DNA of 64,000 nucleotides from Candidatus Alloclostridium intestinigallinarum (GTDB lineage: Bacteria; Bacillota; Clostridia; Christensenellales; UBA3700). Made by a program: the position numbers and the translations under genes. The notes beneath the pieces are model-generated. The model was given only the letters and a program-made list of their open reading frames with translations. It searched no databases and was not told where the DNA came from. Location of the stretch: contig CAJFNB010000002.1 in assembly GCA_904393845.1 (NCBI GenBank), positions 638-64,637 of the forward strand. The letters run 5' to 3'. Positions 40,148-49,747 of this stretch are shown piece by piece (the first letter of the stretch is position 1; every line of letters starts with the position of its first letter).

Positions 40148-40474
40148 CTAATCTTCCTTGTTAAACAATATATCCGTTCCGACGGCGCGTTCCACGTCCG
40201 CCTTTATTCCCGCCATTCCGAGTCCCGTCGAGCCTGACGAGGACGGAATGGGTATTACCGTGGGATAAGCCTTGCGTTTATACTTTTCCAGCGTTTCCGC
40301 CATGCCCGCAGCCAGATCTTCCGTTATGAAAATAACGCAGTAGTTCTTAGCCTGCTTTTTCAGCACCTCTTCCGCACTTTCCGCATCGGAAGCGGCGAAC
40401 ACGTCCATACCCGCCGCCTTGAACGCAAGTACTATGTCCTTATCTCCGATTACCGCCGTCTTTCCGCTATACAT
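40148..40474 (-). CDS. ntpG: V-type ATPase subunit F
   Basis: 108 aa. [22 protein letters not shown] pattern. Its position matches E. hirae ntpG (F-like). Confidence 0.85.
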   Translation of the reverse strand: MYSGKTAVIGDKDIVLAFKAAGMDVFAASDAESAEEVLKKQAKNYCVIFITEDLAAGMAETLEKYKRKAYPTVIPIPSSSGSTGLGMAGIKADVERAVGTDILFNKED

Positions 40475-41432
40475 AAAATTCCCTGAGCCTCTCTTTTATC
40501 AGCGATTTGTCCGCGTTTATTTTAAGCAGGGTGGTTATCATCTTCACAGCTTTGAGCTCCAGCTTCTTAGCCACGTAATACCCCGCTATCGGCGCGACGG
40601 AAAACACGTCGTAACGGTCGTTTTTGAAAATTTCAAGCTGCCTGTTATCCTTGCACGCTTCAAATCGGGCAAACGATTTGTCCGCCGCATACTCGCCCGC
40701 CGCCGCGGCGACGCAGGTGTATTTCAGCTTTTCCAGAATAACGCCCTCTTCCTCTTCGTAAAGCGCGGCGAGCGTATCGGGAGAGATTTCCCCGCCGTCA
40801 ATGAGCTGTTCGCGGAAGTCTTTTTCGGGTGCGCCGGCGCCTTTCATACGCAAAAGCGTTTCCGCATTGGCGTGGTCTATCTCCACCTTCCAGTATTTTT
40901 CTACGCTCCCCGCCTTTCTGCTCACTTCCAGCACGTGCGAATACATAGCCTTATCCAGCATAAGGTCGATATATCTGCCCGAACGGGGATTGGAGGCGAA
41001 ATACGCGTCGATTCCGCTGAGCGCGTCCGTCATTTTTTCCGGAAGCGATTCGTATGAATCGTTCATCACGGCGTCTTCGAGCCGGGCGGAATCTATCGTT
41101 CCGTCGGGCGCAAGCATAAACGACGGATCGCCCGTTTTACCGTACTTGGCTTTCATAAACGCCTTGGCGTTGTGGTAGTCGTTTACCAGGGCGAAGGACT
41201 GCATTCCCTTCAATCCGCCGACTTCCTTCATAAAACGGGCAAGCCTTGCCTCCTCCGCGGCTATCATGCCGTCCACGCCCCCTTCGCCCGCGTTTCCGAA
41301 TCCGCTCTCTTCAAGCACTCTGACGCCCTCTTCGTAAGAGGCGGCGAATACCATCCTGGTTATCTTTTCCTGACCCAGGAGCGTATTTTCAAGCGTTCTG
41401 GCAATAGAAGCCGCATAGATGAGTTCTGCCAT
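40467..41432 (-). CDS. ntpC: V-type ATPase subunit C (d-like)
   Basis: 321 aa, all-helical. Position and size match subunit C. Confidence 0.8.
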   Translation of the reverse strand: MAELIYAASIARTLENTLLGQEKITRMVFAASYEEGVRVLEESGFGNAGEGGVDGMIAAEEARLARFMKEVGGLKGMQSFALVNDYHNAKAFMKAKYGKTGDPSFMLAPDGTIDSARLEDAVMNDSYESLPEKMTDALSGIDAYFASNPRSGRYIDLMLDKAMYSHVLEVSRKAGSVEKYWKVEIDHANAETLLRMKGAGAPEKDFREQLIDGGEISPDTLAALYEEEEGVILEKLKYTCVAAAAGEYAADKSFARFEACKDNRQLEIFKNDRYDVFSVAPIAGYYVAKKLELKAVKMITTLLKINADKSLIKERLREFYV

Positions 41433-42017
41433 TTATTCCCCTTTGAACAGCGCTTGTGCGACCAGCGGTTCGCACTCTTCGCGGATAAGGCGCATTTCCT
41501 CTTCCAGCGTAAGGTTCTTGTCGTACCTGTCGCCCGAAAGAACCACGCCGCCGGCAAATTCGCCGCGTGCGCCGCCGGGAGTTATCTTCTTTTTCGCGCT
41601 TTTTGCTATGGACGCGATAAAGGCGGCTGTGACGACTTTTTCGTCTTCTTTGCAGATTACGACCTTATCCCCGTCCTCCGCGTTTTCTTTAATAACGCGC
41701 GTAAGGTACGCCTTATACGCCTTCTTGTCCTCTTTAAGCGCCTTTGCCGCCAGGGCGAAAACTTCGTCCAGAAGCGCGCTTTTGCAGGCGGAAAGTTCGC
41801 GGCGGCTGTCCAGCGCGTCCACGCTTTTCGCCCTTTCAAGCGCAAGCGCGACGCGTTCTTCCCCGCCGGAAAGCGCTTCTTTGCGGTAAGCGTCGGCTGC
41901 CTTCTGCGCGGCGGAAACGATTTTCTCCGCCTTTTGCCGCGCGTCCTGCCTTAGCGCGTCCGCCGCCGCCTGTGCGTCGCTTATTATCTTGTCGATTACT
42001 GCGTTTTTGTCGTTCAT
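41433..42017 (-). CDS. ntpE: V-type ATPase subunit E
   Basis: 194 aa. N-terminal long charged helix (IISDAQAAADALRQDARQKAEKI) with a globular C-terminus. Confidence 0.8.
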   Translation of the reverse strand: MNDKNAVIDKIISDAQAAADALRQDARQKAEKIVSAAQKAADAYRKEALSGGEERVALALERAKSVDALDSRRELSACKSALLDEVFALAAKALKEDKKAYKAYLTRVIKENAEDGDKVVICKEDEKVVTAAFIASIAKSAKKKITPGGARGEFAGGVVLSGDRYDKNLTLEEEMRLIREECEPLVAQALFKGE

Positions 42018-42020
42018 ACG

Positions 42021-42503
<483 letters not shown>

Positions 42504-42533
42504 TTACTTTACCTCCAAAATAGGTTTTTGCTT

Positions 42534-44540
42534 TTATGCTTTATCTTTTTTACGAGAGTTTTTCGCCTCGTACTTTTTTTCGTCAACGTAATAATACTTC
42601 ATCTCGCTGCCCAGCGGCGCGAACAGTCTGCCTCCGCCTTCGTAGAATTTACCGAAGAACTCCACGAATTGCAGGCGCGAGTCGTGCACGTAAGAACCGA
42701 GAGTATTTATGCCGAGATTGAACGTGTGGCCGATAATGAATATCACGCACGCTATTATCCAGCCCAGAGCGGGCGCGGAAGGAATCATATCTTTTATCAC
42801 TATGCCTATCTGGTTGAACACCATGCCTATGACCGCTGACGCAAGACCAAGACCGAATATACGCGTGTAACTCATCAGGTCGGAGAAGAAATTGACAATT
42901 CCGTACAGCTTGCCCAGACCGCTGCCCAGCCGCTTTATTCCCTTGTTGCCCACCACGCCCGAAAGGACGAGGAAAAGCAGACCTATACCCAAAAAGGCAT
43001 ATCCGACATAGGGAAGCCAGCTTGCGAGCGAAGAGCCGAAGAACGCCGCCGCCACGCCGAGAACGAGGAAGTACCAGCAGGTATTGCCGAATATCGCTTC
43101 AAGCGGCTTTTTCTGCATAAACAGCGACACCATATTGACGAAATAGCCGTAAAGCAGCTGGACAAGTCCCGCGCCAAGGCTGAGGAACAGCATGGTTATG
43201 GGATCGTCGATGGGATTGAACCAGTACCATATGCCCAGATCGCCCGCGCTCATGCCGAAGTACGAGCCGAACAAAAAGCCCCATATTATCGTGGAGATGC
43301 CGCCCATACACAGCAGTTTTATCATATTGCCCCTGCCGCGCGGCGGTCTGACTTTTATCAGATATATGCCCGTGAACAGGGAAAGCAGGATTCCGTAACC
43401 GACGTCAGCAAGCATCATTCCGAAAAACAGGAAAAAGAACGCCGTAATGTGCGGGTTGGGATCAAGCTCCCTGTACTTTGGAGCGGAGAACATATTCGTA
43501 ACCGTTTCGTACGGCGTGACGAGCGGATTGTTCACGGCGCAGGTGGGCACGTCGTCCCCCTCTTCCGGTTCGCAGAAGTAATAAGACAGGCTTTCGCCGC
43601 TTCCTTCCAGCAGCTTGTCCACCTGCTCCGCGTAAGGAAGAGGCACCCACGCCTGCAACACATAAGACGTGGCTGTGCACGCAGTCATGCCGCTGCCCAC
43701 AACCTTTGCCCTTTCCACGCTGTAATAGTCGCGCATGAGTTTAAGAAGGGGCATATTTTCTTCCGCCTCCGCTCCTTTCAGCACCGTCCGGGCGCGGCGT
43801 GAAGCTATCTCTTCCGCCTTTTTGTCTATATCAGCCTTTTCCTCCGCGTACGTGCGCGTATACTCGGCGGGACAGGGAGAAAATTCCATATCGGAAAGCG
43901 CGCCGCGGACAAGTTCTTCGTCCTCTTTCAGGCAGACGACGGCAACCGCAGTCTGACTGCCTCCTCCTCCCCACGTCCGCCATATGCACTTTTCGCTCCA
44001 CTCGCCTTCGGCGAATTCCGATGAAGCAACCGTGCCTATCGCGGCGTAAGTGCTCGCCGTGGGACGGAATATGCCCAAAGGCTCTTCCACTTCGCCGTAC
44101 GGCGCCAGCGCCGCCAGCGCGTTTTCGCATCTGAGTTTTTCCGACGCGCATTCGGCAAGCGCGGACGAAAGTTCTTTCAGCTTTCCTATAACGCCGTCAA
44201 GTTCGCCGCTTTTATCCGCGCAGGAAGTAAATTCCTCGAAAGTGAGCGTGGGCTGCGGCGTCAGAAATTGCTTTTTCGCCTTCTTGTATTCGATTATTTT
44301 TTTCTTGGAAAGTTCAGCCGCCTCTCTCGTGCAGCTTGCAATAAATTCAAAAGCAAATTCTATATCCGCAAGTTTCAGGGCAAGCTCGTCCGCCCTTGCG
44401 GAAACGTCCGGCCGGAAAGTCCCTTCTTCCTGCGCGGCGGCGGATATCTCCGTACAGCCGCTTTTGTGCAGCAAGTCCATAGTCGCCTGCGTTTCGCTGC
44501 GGCTGCCAACCAATATCAGCTTGCGCATTTCAGCCAGCAT
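42534..44540 (-). CDS. ntpI: V-type ATPase subunit I (a-like stator/channel)
   Basis: 668 aa. Soluble N-terminal half plus about 7 TM. The conserved Arg region LMSYTRIFGLGLASAVIG is present. Confidence 0.9.
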   Translation of the reverse strand: MLAEMRKLILVGSRSETQATMDLLHKSGCTEISAAAQEEGTFRPDVSARADELALKLADIEFAFEFIASCTREAAELSKKKIIEYKKAKKQFLTPQPTLTFEEFTSCADKSGELDGVIGKLKELSSALAECASEKLRCENALAALAPYGEVEEPLGIFRPTASTYAAIGTVASSEFAEGEWSEKCIWRTWGGGGSQTAVAVVCLKEDEELVRGALSDMEFSPCPAEYTRTYAEEKADIDKKAEEIASRRARTVLKGAEAEENMPLLKLMRDYYSVERAKVVGSGMTACTATSYVLQAWVPLPYAEQVDKLLEGSGESLSYYFCEPEEGDDVPTCAVNNPLVTPYETVTNMFSAPKYRELDPNPHITAFFFLFFGMMLADVGYGILLSLFTGIYLIKVRPPRGRGNMIKLLCMGGISTIIWGFLFGSYFGMSAGDLGIWYWFNPIDDPITMLFLSLGAGLVQLLYGYFVNMVSLFMQKKPLEAIFGNTCWYFLVLGVAAAFFGSSLASWLPYVGYAFLGIGLLFLVLSGVVGNKGIKRLGSGLGKLYGIVNFFSDLMSYTRIFGLGLASAVIGMVFNQIGIVIKDMIPSAPALGWIIACVIFIIGHTFNLGINTLGSYVHDSRLQFVEFFGKFYEGGGRLFAPLGSEMKYYYVDEKKYEAKNSRKKDKA

Positions 44541-44874
44541 ACTTTCCGTCCAACTGTTCCAGAATTATTTTGACCGCTTCCGCGGAATTGTCGCCGGCGA
44601 GCTTTGCAAGCCGCTTTTTCTCGCCGTCGCACTCCTGTGCGGCAAGCGCGCTCCGCCGTGCGGCTTCCGCCTTCACCGACACGCTCTCCTGCCTGAGCTT
44701 TTCTTTTACGTCCTCTTCCGCTTCCGCCTTTATCGCGGCGGCTTTTGCCTCAGCTTCCGCAATTATGCCCTTGCACTCCGCCGCCGCCTGCTCGGCTATC
44801 TGCGCGGCGCGCTCTTCCGCCTGCAATATGCTCTTTATCACTTCGCCCATATCGGGCTTTTGCGTCTGCTCCAT
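44530..44874 (-). CDS. ntpF: V-type ATPase peripheral-stalk subunit (G/H-like)
   Basis: 114 aa, Ala/Glu/Lys-rich coiled coil. First gene of the operon, as ntpF is in E. hirae. Confidence 0.7.
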   Translation of the reverse strand: MEQTQKPDMGEVIKSILQAEERAAQIAEQAAAECKGIIAEAEAKAAAIKAEAEEDVKEKLRQESVSVKAEAARRSALAAQECDGEKKRLAKLAGDNSAEAVKIILEQLDGKYAG

Positions 44875-44898
44875 CTTCCCGCCTTTATACGACTTTTC

Positions 44899-45348
44899 CT
44901 ATTTGAAATATTTGTTTTCGATGGCAGTTATCTTAGCCACCCTGCCGGCATGCCTGCCTCCGCCGAACGGAGTATCCAGCCATGCGGCGACCATCTGCGC
45001 GGCAAGCCGGGGACTTACCACCCTGCCGCCCATGGAAATCACGTTAGCATCGTTATGCTCCGCGCACATGGTGGCGGTGAATACGTCGTGGCACACTCCG
45101 CACCTGATTCCCTTCACCTTGTTCGCGGCGATGGATATGCCTATGCCCGTGCCGCACATAAGAATTCCCTTATCCGCTTCGCCGCAAGCCACCGCCTCCG
45201 CGACTTTTTCTCCGTAATCGGGATAGTCCACCGATGAAGAATCAAAACATCCTTTGTCTATGACCTCTATCCCGCGTTTATTCAATTCGGCAAGAATAGC
45301 CTCTTTCAGAACTATGCCGCCGTGGTCGCATCCTATTGCAATTTTCAT
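44899..45348 (-). CDS. rpiB: Ribose-5-phosphate isomerase B
   Basis: 149 aa. MKIAIGCDHGG..., ILMCGTGIGISIAANK, NVISMGGRV. Confidence 0.93.
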   Translation of the reverse strand: MKIAIGCDHGGIVLKEAILAELNKRGIEVIDKGCFDSSSVDYPDYGEKVAEAVACGEADKGILMCGTGIGISIAANKVKGIRCGVCHDVFTATMCAEHNDANVISMGGRVVSPRLAAQMVAAWLDTPFGGGRHAGRVAKITAIENKYFK

Positions 45349-45370
45349 ATCGTCCTCCGTATTTATCTAC

Positions 45371-45399
45371 ATCATACCACACGGGCAGAAACTTTTCAA
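45371..45399 (-). promoter_or_regulatory. Sigma-A promoter (extended -10) upstream of rpiB and, probably, the V-ATPase operon
   Basis: Minus strand reads TTGAAA (45399-94), 17-nt spacer, TGgTATGAT (-10 at 45376-71). Confidence 0.5.
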
Positions 45400-45481
45400 G
45401 ACCCTATTTCTTTACAAAACGGTACTTTTTGTCGAGAAAAGCGCAAAACATGCACCCGCTCTCGCTTTTTTTGAAAACAAT

Positions 45482-45934
45482 TTACAATTCCCCGCCGAAT
45501 CTGCCTTTCAGATAGGGAATAAGACAGTCTATGCCGGCGGAAATATCCGCGGCGCATTTGTCGTAAGCCGCCTGGTCACGCCCGTAAGGGTCGGAAATAT
45601 CGCCGCCCGCGGTAAATTCGCAAAAAGCGGCAAGTTTGCCGTCGTCCGCCACCGCGGCGAGCGCCGCGCGCTGCTGCCAGGTCATAGTAACTATGAAATC
45701 GCTCTCTTCAAGAAGCTGCGGCGTGACGGGCTGTGAAAGATGCGAAAAACCGGTAATACCCAGCTTTCGCAACGCCTCCTCGGCTTTGGGATTCACCCTT
45801 TCCCCGTACGTCAGGGACATCGCCGCGCTATCCGCACCCATATTCAGCTTCTGCTCCTTCGCCTTGTGCGTGAATATTGCCTGCGCCATGGGCGAACGGC
45901 AGGTATTGCCCGTGCATACAAACAAAACTTTCAT
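45482..45934 (-). CDS. Low-molecular-weight protein tyrosine/arginine phosphatase
   Basis: 150 aa. VLFVCTGNTCRSPMA (CX5R P-loop) and DISDPYG (DP loop). Confidence 0.9.
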   Translation of the reverse strand: MKVLFVCTGNTCRSPMAQAIFTHKAKEQKLNMGADSAAMSLTYGERVNPKAEEALRKLGITGFSHLSQPVTPQLLEESDFIVTMTWQQRAALAAVADDGKLAAFCEFTAGGDISDPYGRDQAAYDKCAADISAGIDCLIPYLKGRFGGEL

Positions 45935-46923
45935 ACCCTTTTACCTCCTGCGGCCTTGTTGACCCTGTTCATCACCGAAGCCGCCACCCCCTGCGTGCCC
46001 AGATCCTCGCATATTATAAAATCGGCTATCTTTTCCCCTTTGTGAAGCGCCGAATATATGTTGCGGCATACCTGCGCGTCGCCTTCGCCCAAATCTATAA
46101 ATCTGCATCCGCCCAGCCCCGCGGTATGTTCGCTGCGGCATAAAATCACGGGATTGCCGCCCCTTTTCTTCACCTTTTTGTAACATTCCTCCGCGGAAGA
46201 TATGCTCTCCGCCACCACGCATTCGCACGCTGGCGCGTAATGCTTATACTTCATTCCGGGCGCGGGCGCCGCCGCCAGCACCTTGCCGCTGTGCGACTTC
46301 ACGTCGCCGCCCAGCACGCTTGCTATCATTTCCGCGGTCACGGCGCCCGGCCGCAAAATAACGGGAGTGTCGCCCGTCACGTCGAGCACGGTGGATTCTA
46401 TTCCCACCTTACTCTCTCCGCCGTCTATGATGAGCGGAATCCTCCCCTTCATATCTTCGTAAACGTGGCGCGCGGACGTGGGGCTTATCCTTGTGGAAAG
46501 ATTTGCCGAAGGCGCCGCGACGGGCACTCCGCACGCGGCGAGAAACGCCGAACATACGGGGTCGGACGGTACGCGCACGCCCACGGTATCCAGACCCGCG
46601 GTGACTTCGTCGGGAATATCTTTCCTGCGCGGAACGACCAGCGTAAGCGGTCCCGGCATGAACGCGTTTACAAGCGCGTTGTATTTTTCGTCAAAACCGC
46701 TCGTAACTGTCGGAATAAGTTTTTTATCCGCAAGATGGACGATGAGAGGATTGTCCATCGGTCTGCCCTTTGCGGCAAAAACCGCCCTCACCGCGCCGGG
46801 ATCGTACGCGTTCGCGGCAAGTCCGTATACCGTTTCGGTGGGAAAAGCTACGACTCCGCCGGCACGGACTATTTCCGCACCCTCCTTTATTGCCTGTTCT
46901 CCGCTTAAAATTTTCGTTTCCAT
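45931..46923 (-). CDS. tsaC: L-threonylcarbamoyladenylate synthase (Sua5/YwlC type, with Sua5 C-terminal domain)
   Basis: 330 aa. VAFPTETVYGLAANA, KGRPMDNPLIVH, SANLS. Confidence 0.92.
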   Translation of the reverse strand: METKILSGEQAIKEGAEIVRAGGVVAFPTETVYGLAANAYDPGAVRAVFAAKGRPMDNPLIVHLADKKLIPTVTSGFDEKYNALVNAFMPGPLTLVVPRRKDIPDEVTAGLDTVGVRVPSDPVCSAFLAACGVPVAAPSANLSTRISPTSARHVYEDMKGRIPLIIDGGESKVGIESTVLDVTGDTPVILRPGAVTAEMIASVLGGDVKSHSGKVLAAAPAPGMKYKHYAPACECVVAESISSAEECYKKVKKRGGNPVILCRSEHTAGLGGCRFIDLGEGDAQVCRNIYSALHKGEKIADFIICEDLGTQGVAASVMNRVNKAAGGKRV

Positions 46924-46924
46924 A

Positions 46925-47692
46925 TCACTCCGCCAACCATAAGATGAGCGCCCCGGCTATTATGCCGAGAATGGCGAGCACCGCCACTTTTTTGCATTTG
47001 GTGCGCGCATACGCCTCCGCAAGCATATCGTCGAATATAATGTAGAGCATCGCGCCCGCCGAAAGCGCAAGGCATATTCCGGTCAGAACACCCGATATAT
47101 TGCTCACAAAGTAGCCTATCAGCGCGCCCGCCGAAAGTGCAAGCCCCGTGGACGCGGCTATGACGACGCCCAGCCACCGTTTAACGCCCGCCCTGTAAAA
47201 AGCCGCCGACATGGCTATGCCTTCGGGTATATTGTGCAGGGCGATAAGCACCGCCGCAAGCCACGCCGAACCGCTTGCGGACAAACCGCCTATCATCATT
47301 CCTTCCGGTATATTGTGCAGTATAAGCGCGGTCATCAGCGAAAACCCGACGTAAAGTTCGCGCTTGCCTTCCGCACTGTGCAAATCTGGCATATCCCCGC
47401 TGTCGTCGTGTCTGTGCTCGCCGGCTTTCCTGTCAAGAATTATACCGGCAAGGAATACTATCCCCGCGCCCGCCAGCGTAACAAGCAGAGTTATCCATAT
47501 CTGACCCGTGGAATCAAGCGATTCGGGCAGAACGTCCAAAAATACCAGCGCCGCCATAAAGCCGGCGGTGAATGCCATCAGCGCGCTCAGCAATTTTTCG
47601 CCCCTGCCCCTTACGGATACGGGGATAAGCGCTCCTGCCAGCGTGCCGCCCACTCCGGCGAGCAGACTCCAAAGCAATGCTTCCCACCACAT
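46925..47692 (-). CDS. ZIP-family divalent-metal transporter
   Basis: 255 aa. Duplicated HNIPEG(M/I) motifs and a His/Asp-rich loop (EHRHDDSGD). Confidence 0.88.
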   Translation of the reverse strand: MWWEALLWSLLAGVGGTLAGALIPVSVRGRGEKLLSALMAFTAGFMAALVFLDVLPESLDSTGQIWITLLVTLAGAGIVFLAGIILDRKAGEHRHDDSGDMPDLHSAEGKRELYVGFSLMTALILHNIPEGMMIGGLSASGSAWLAAVLIALHNIPEGIAMSAAFYRAGVKRWLGVVIAASTGLALSAGALIGYFVSNISGVLTGICLALSAGAMLYIIFDDMLAEAYARTKCKKVAVLAILGIIAGALILWLAE

Positions 47693-47807
47693 GCCTATAT
47701 TTTAGTCTTTTTTTCCGCGATATGCAAGAAAATAAAGGCAGTGATTTCAAGCCGCGGCAGCGCCGGACGCGAAACAGTTTTTTTAGATAAATTTTTCTTT
47801 AATTGTG

Positions 47808-47845
47808 TTTACTTTTCGCGCGCGCGATGATATAATAATATCATC
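47808..47845 (+). promoter_or_regulatory. Promoter with a perfect 8-4-8 palindrome over the -10
   Basis: TTTACT (47808-13), 17-nt spacer, TATAAT (47831-36). GATGATAT-AATA-ATATCATC lies at 47826-47845. Confidence 0.45.
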
Positions 47846-47869
47846 AAAGAAAAAAAGGAGATTTTTCTT

Positions 47870-49339
47870 ATGGATCAATTCGTAAACACCATGACGTCAC
47901 CGTTGTTTTCGGTGGGCAGCTTTGATTTCCCGCTTTACGCACTGATTATCGTTGCGATAGCATGTATACTTATAATCATCGTACCCTCCGCCATTGCTTC
48001 CGCCATGCACACCAAAAAGATGAAAGCGGAAGAACAGGCAGCAAACGAAGCTGCCGACAGCAAGGCAGCCGAAGAGGAAGCCGCACGCAAGGCAGCCGAA
48101 GAAGAAGCCGCACGTAAGGCTGCGGAAGAAGAAGCCGCACGCAAGGCAGCCGAAGAAGAGGCCGCTCGTAAAGCAGCCGAGGAAGAAGCCGCACGTAAGG
48201 CAGCCGAAGAGGAAGCCGCACGCAAGGCAGCCGAAGAAGAAGCCGCACGTAAGGCAGCAGAGGAAGAAGCTGCTCGTAAGGTAGCCGAAGAAGAAGCCGC
48301 CCGTAAGGCAGCAGAGGAAGAAGCCGCACGCAAGGCAGCGGAAGAAGAAGCTGCCCGTAAGGCAGCGGAAGAAGAAGCTGCCCGTAAGGCAGCCGAAGAG
48401 GAAGCTGCACGCAAGGCAGCCGAAGAAGAAGCTGCACGCAAGGCAGCCGAAGAAGAGGCCGCTCGCAAGGCAGCCGAAGAAGAAGCCGCACGCAAGGCAG
48501 CGGAAGAAGAGGCAGCACGTAAGGCAGCAGAGGAAGAAGCCGCACGCAAGGCAGCCGAAGAGGAAGAAGCCCGCGTAGCCGCAGAAGAAGAGGCTAAGGC
48601 CGAGGAAGAAAAGAAGGAAGACGAAGCGAAAGCGGAAGAAGTTGCCGCTACCGAAACCGCTCCCGTCAAAAAGCCTACCACCAGGAAACCCGCAAACGCC
48701 AACAAGAAGGCGAAGAGCGCAGTAGTACAGGAAGAAAAACCGGCAGAACCCGTTGCCGAGGATAAGGAGGAAGAACAAGTGAAAGCAGAAAAGAAACCCA
48801 CCACGAGAAAGCCTGCCGCCGCATCCAAGAAAGCGGAGGAAAAGAAAGCCGCCGAAAAGAAGACGGTAAAGCCCGCGGCAGAAAAGAAGACCGCCGCAAA
48901 ACCCGCGGAGAAGAAAGCCGTTCCCGCTAAGACGGAAGAGCCCGCTCCCACCAAGAACATCACCCTTCTCTCCGACGAGCCCGCTAAGCCCGCCGGCGGC
49001 AGATACGTGATCATCATGGATTCGGAAAATCCCATGAAGCCTTACAAGTTCCAGCTGAAGGCGAACAACGGTCAGGTTCTTTACGAATCGGAAGGCTATA
49101 AGGCCAAGCCCAAGAAGGCGTCCATTATGGCGTTCAAGAAGGCTGTGGAGCAAGGCACGCTTGCAATCGACAAGGAGAAGAACGGCACTTACCGTTACAA
49201 GCTGTACAAGGCTGACGGCACCCTGCTCGGCGTAGGCGAAAGCTATTCCGCAAAGGCGAGAGCCGAAAGTTCCGCGGAATCCGTAAAGGCGTTTGCGGCA
49301 AGCGCGAACTTTATCGAAGACCTCACTATAACCGAATAA
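47870..49339 (+). CDS. Membrane-anchored protein: TM helix, (KAAEEEAAR)n charged helix, basic K/P/A linker, two YegP/DUF1508-like modules
   Basis: 489 aa. SD GGAG lies 9 nt upstream. The TM helix is [25 protein letters not shown], followed by HTKKMK. C-terminal modules are [35 protein letters not shown] and [37 protein letters not shown] terminator follows. Confidence 0.75.
   Translation: MDQFVNTMTSPLFSVGSFDFPLYALIIVAIACILIIIVPSAIASAMHTKKMKAEEQAANEAADSKAAEEEAARKAAEEEAARKAAEEEAARKAAEEEAARKAAEEEAARKAAEEEAARKAAEEEAARKAAEEEAARKVAEEEAARKAAEEEAARKAAEEEAARKAAEEEAARKAAEEEAARKAAEEEAARKAAEEEAARKAAEEEAARKAAEEEAARKAAEEEAARKAAEEEEARVAAEEEAKAEEEKKEDEAKAEEVAATETAPVKKPTTRKPANANKKAKSAVVQEEKPAEPVAEDKEEEQVKAEKKPTTRKPAAASKKAEEKKAAEKKTVKPAAEKKTAAKPAEKKAVPAKTEEPAPTKNITLLSDEPAKPAGGRYVIIMDSENPMKPYKFQLKANNGQVLYESEGYKAKPKKASIMAFKKAVEQGTLAIDKEKNGTYRYKLYKADGTLLGVGESYSAKARAESSAESVKAFAASANFIEDLTITE
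48062..48601 (+). repeat. In-frame 27-bp tandem repeat, 18 near-identical plus 2 degenerate units
   Basis: The unit is AAGGCAGCCGAAGARGAAGCCGCACGY. I checked units 1-5 base by base and read the remaining phase-aligned units by eye. Confidence 0.9.
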
Positions 49340-49360
49340 AACCGGATTGTTTCTACATAA

Positions 49361-49390
49361 AAACCGTCGCTGTATGCGGCGGTTTTTTTA
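49361..49390 (+). terminator. Rho-independent terminator
   Basis: AAACCGTCGC-TGTAT-GCGGCGGTTT followed by TTTTTATT, 22 nt after the stop. Confidence 0.7.
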
Positions 49391-49438
49391 TTCGGCAAAA
49401 CACGAATCCGTGCACTTCCGGAAGCGTTTTTACGGGCT

Positions 49439-49480
49439 GTTTTACGCGCTTTTTTCATACGCGGGAAAAGCGCGTAAAAC
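49439..49480. repeat. Perfect 15-bp inverted repeat with a 12-nt loop
   Basis: GTTTTACGCGCTTTT (49439-53) and AAAAGCGCGTAAAAC (49466-80). The 17-mer AAAAGCGCGTAAAACGC recurs at 49768-84. Confidence 0.85.
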
Positions 49481-49594
49481 GCATATGTACACCCTCCCGG
49501 AATCGGCGTAAGAGATTTGCCGCCGCTTGAGTACAATTTTATATGATTGTGTCGATTATACCTAATTTACCATTTATATGTACGTTAAAACTAT

Positions 49595-49747
49595 TTGACG
49601 TGCTTTTTCTCCGCTTTTTGGTAAAACAAAAAAGCACCGCAAACAATAAAATTTTCTTTTCGTTACGCGACTGTTTTCCCGCTTGTTTTTTTTCATTGTT
49701 TTACGGCGGCGCAGGTATGCGTTACGGTATGAAAAAAAGCACGTCAA
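49595..49747. repeat. Perfect 14-bp inverted repeat with arms 125 nt apart, related in sequence to the 49439 repeat
   Basis: TTGACGTGCTTTTT (49595-608) and AAAAAGCACGTCAA (49734-47). Confidence 0.8.

Noticed and set aside
47693-47825. Zur/Fur-type operator upstream of the ZIP transporter.
   Set aside because: I could not find a 7-1-7 or 9-1-9 AT-rich palindrome resembling known Zur or Fur boxes. The only palindrome (47826-45) sits on the other gene's -10.
48062-48601. Regular 27-bp repeats considered as a CRISPR-like array.
   Set aside because: The units are contiguous with no spacers, are in frame inside a well-supported ORF, and vary at synonymous positions. This is a coding tandem repeat.
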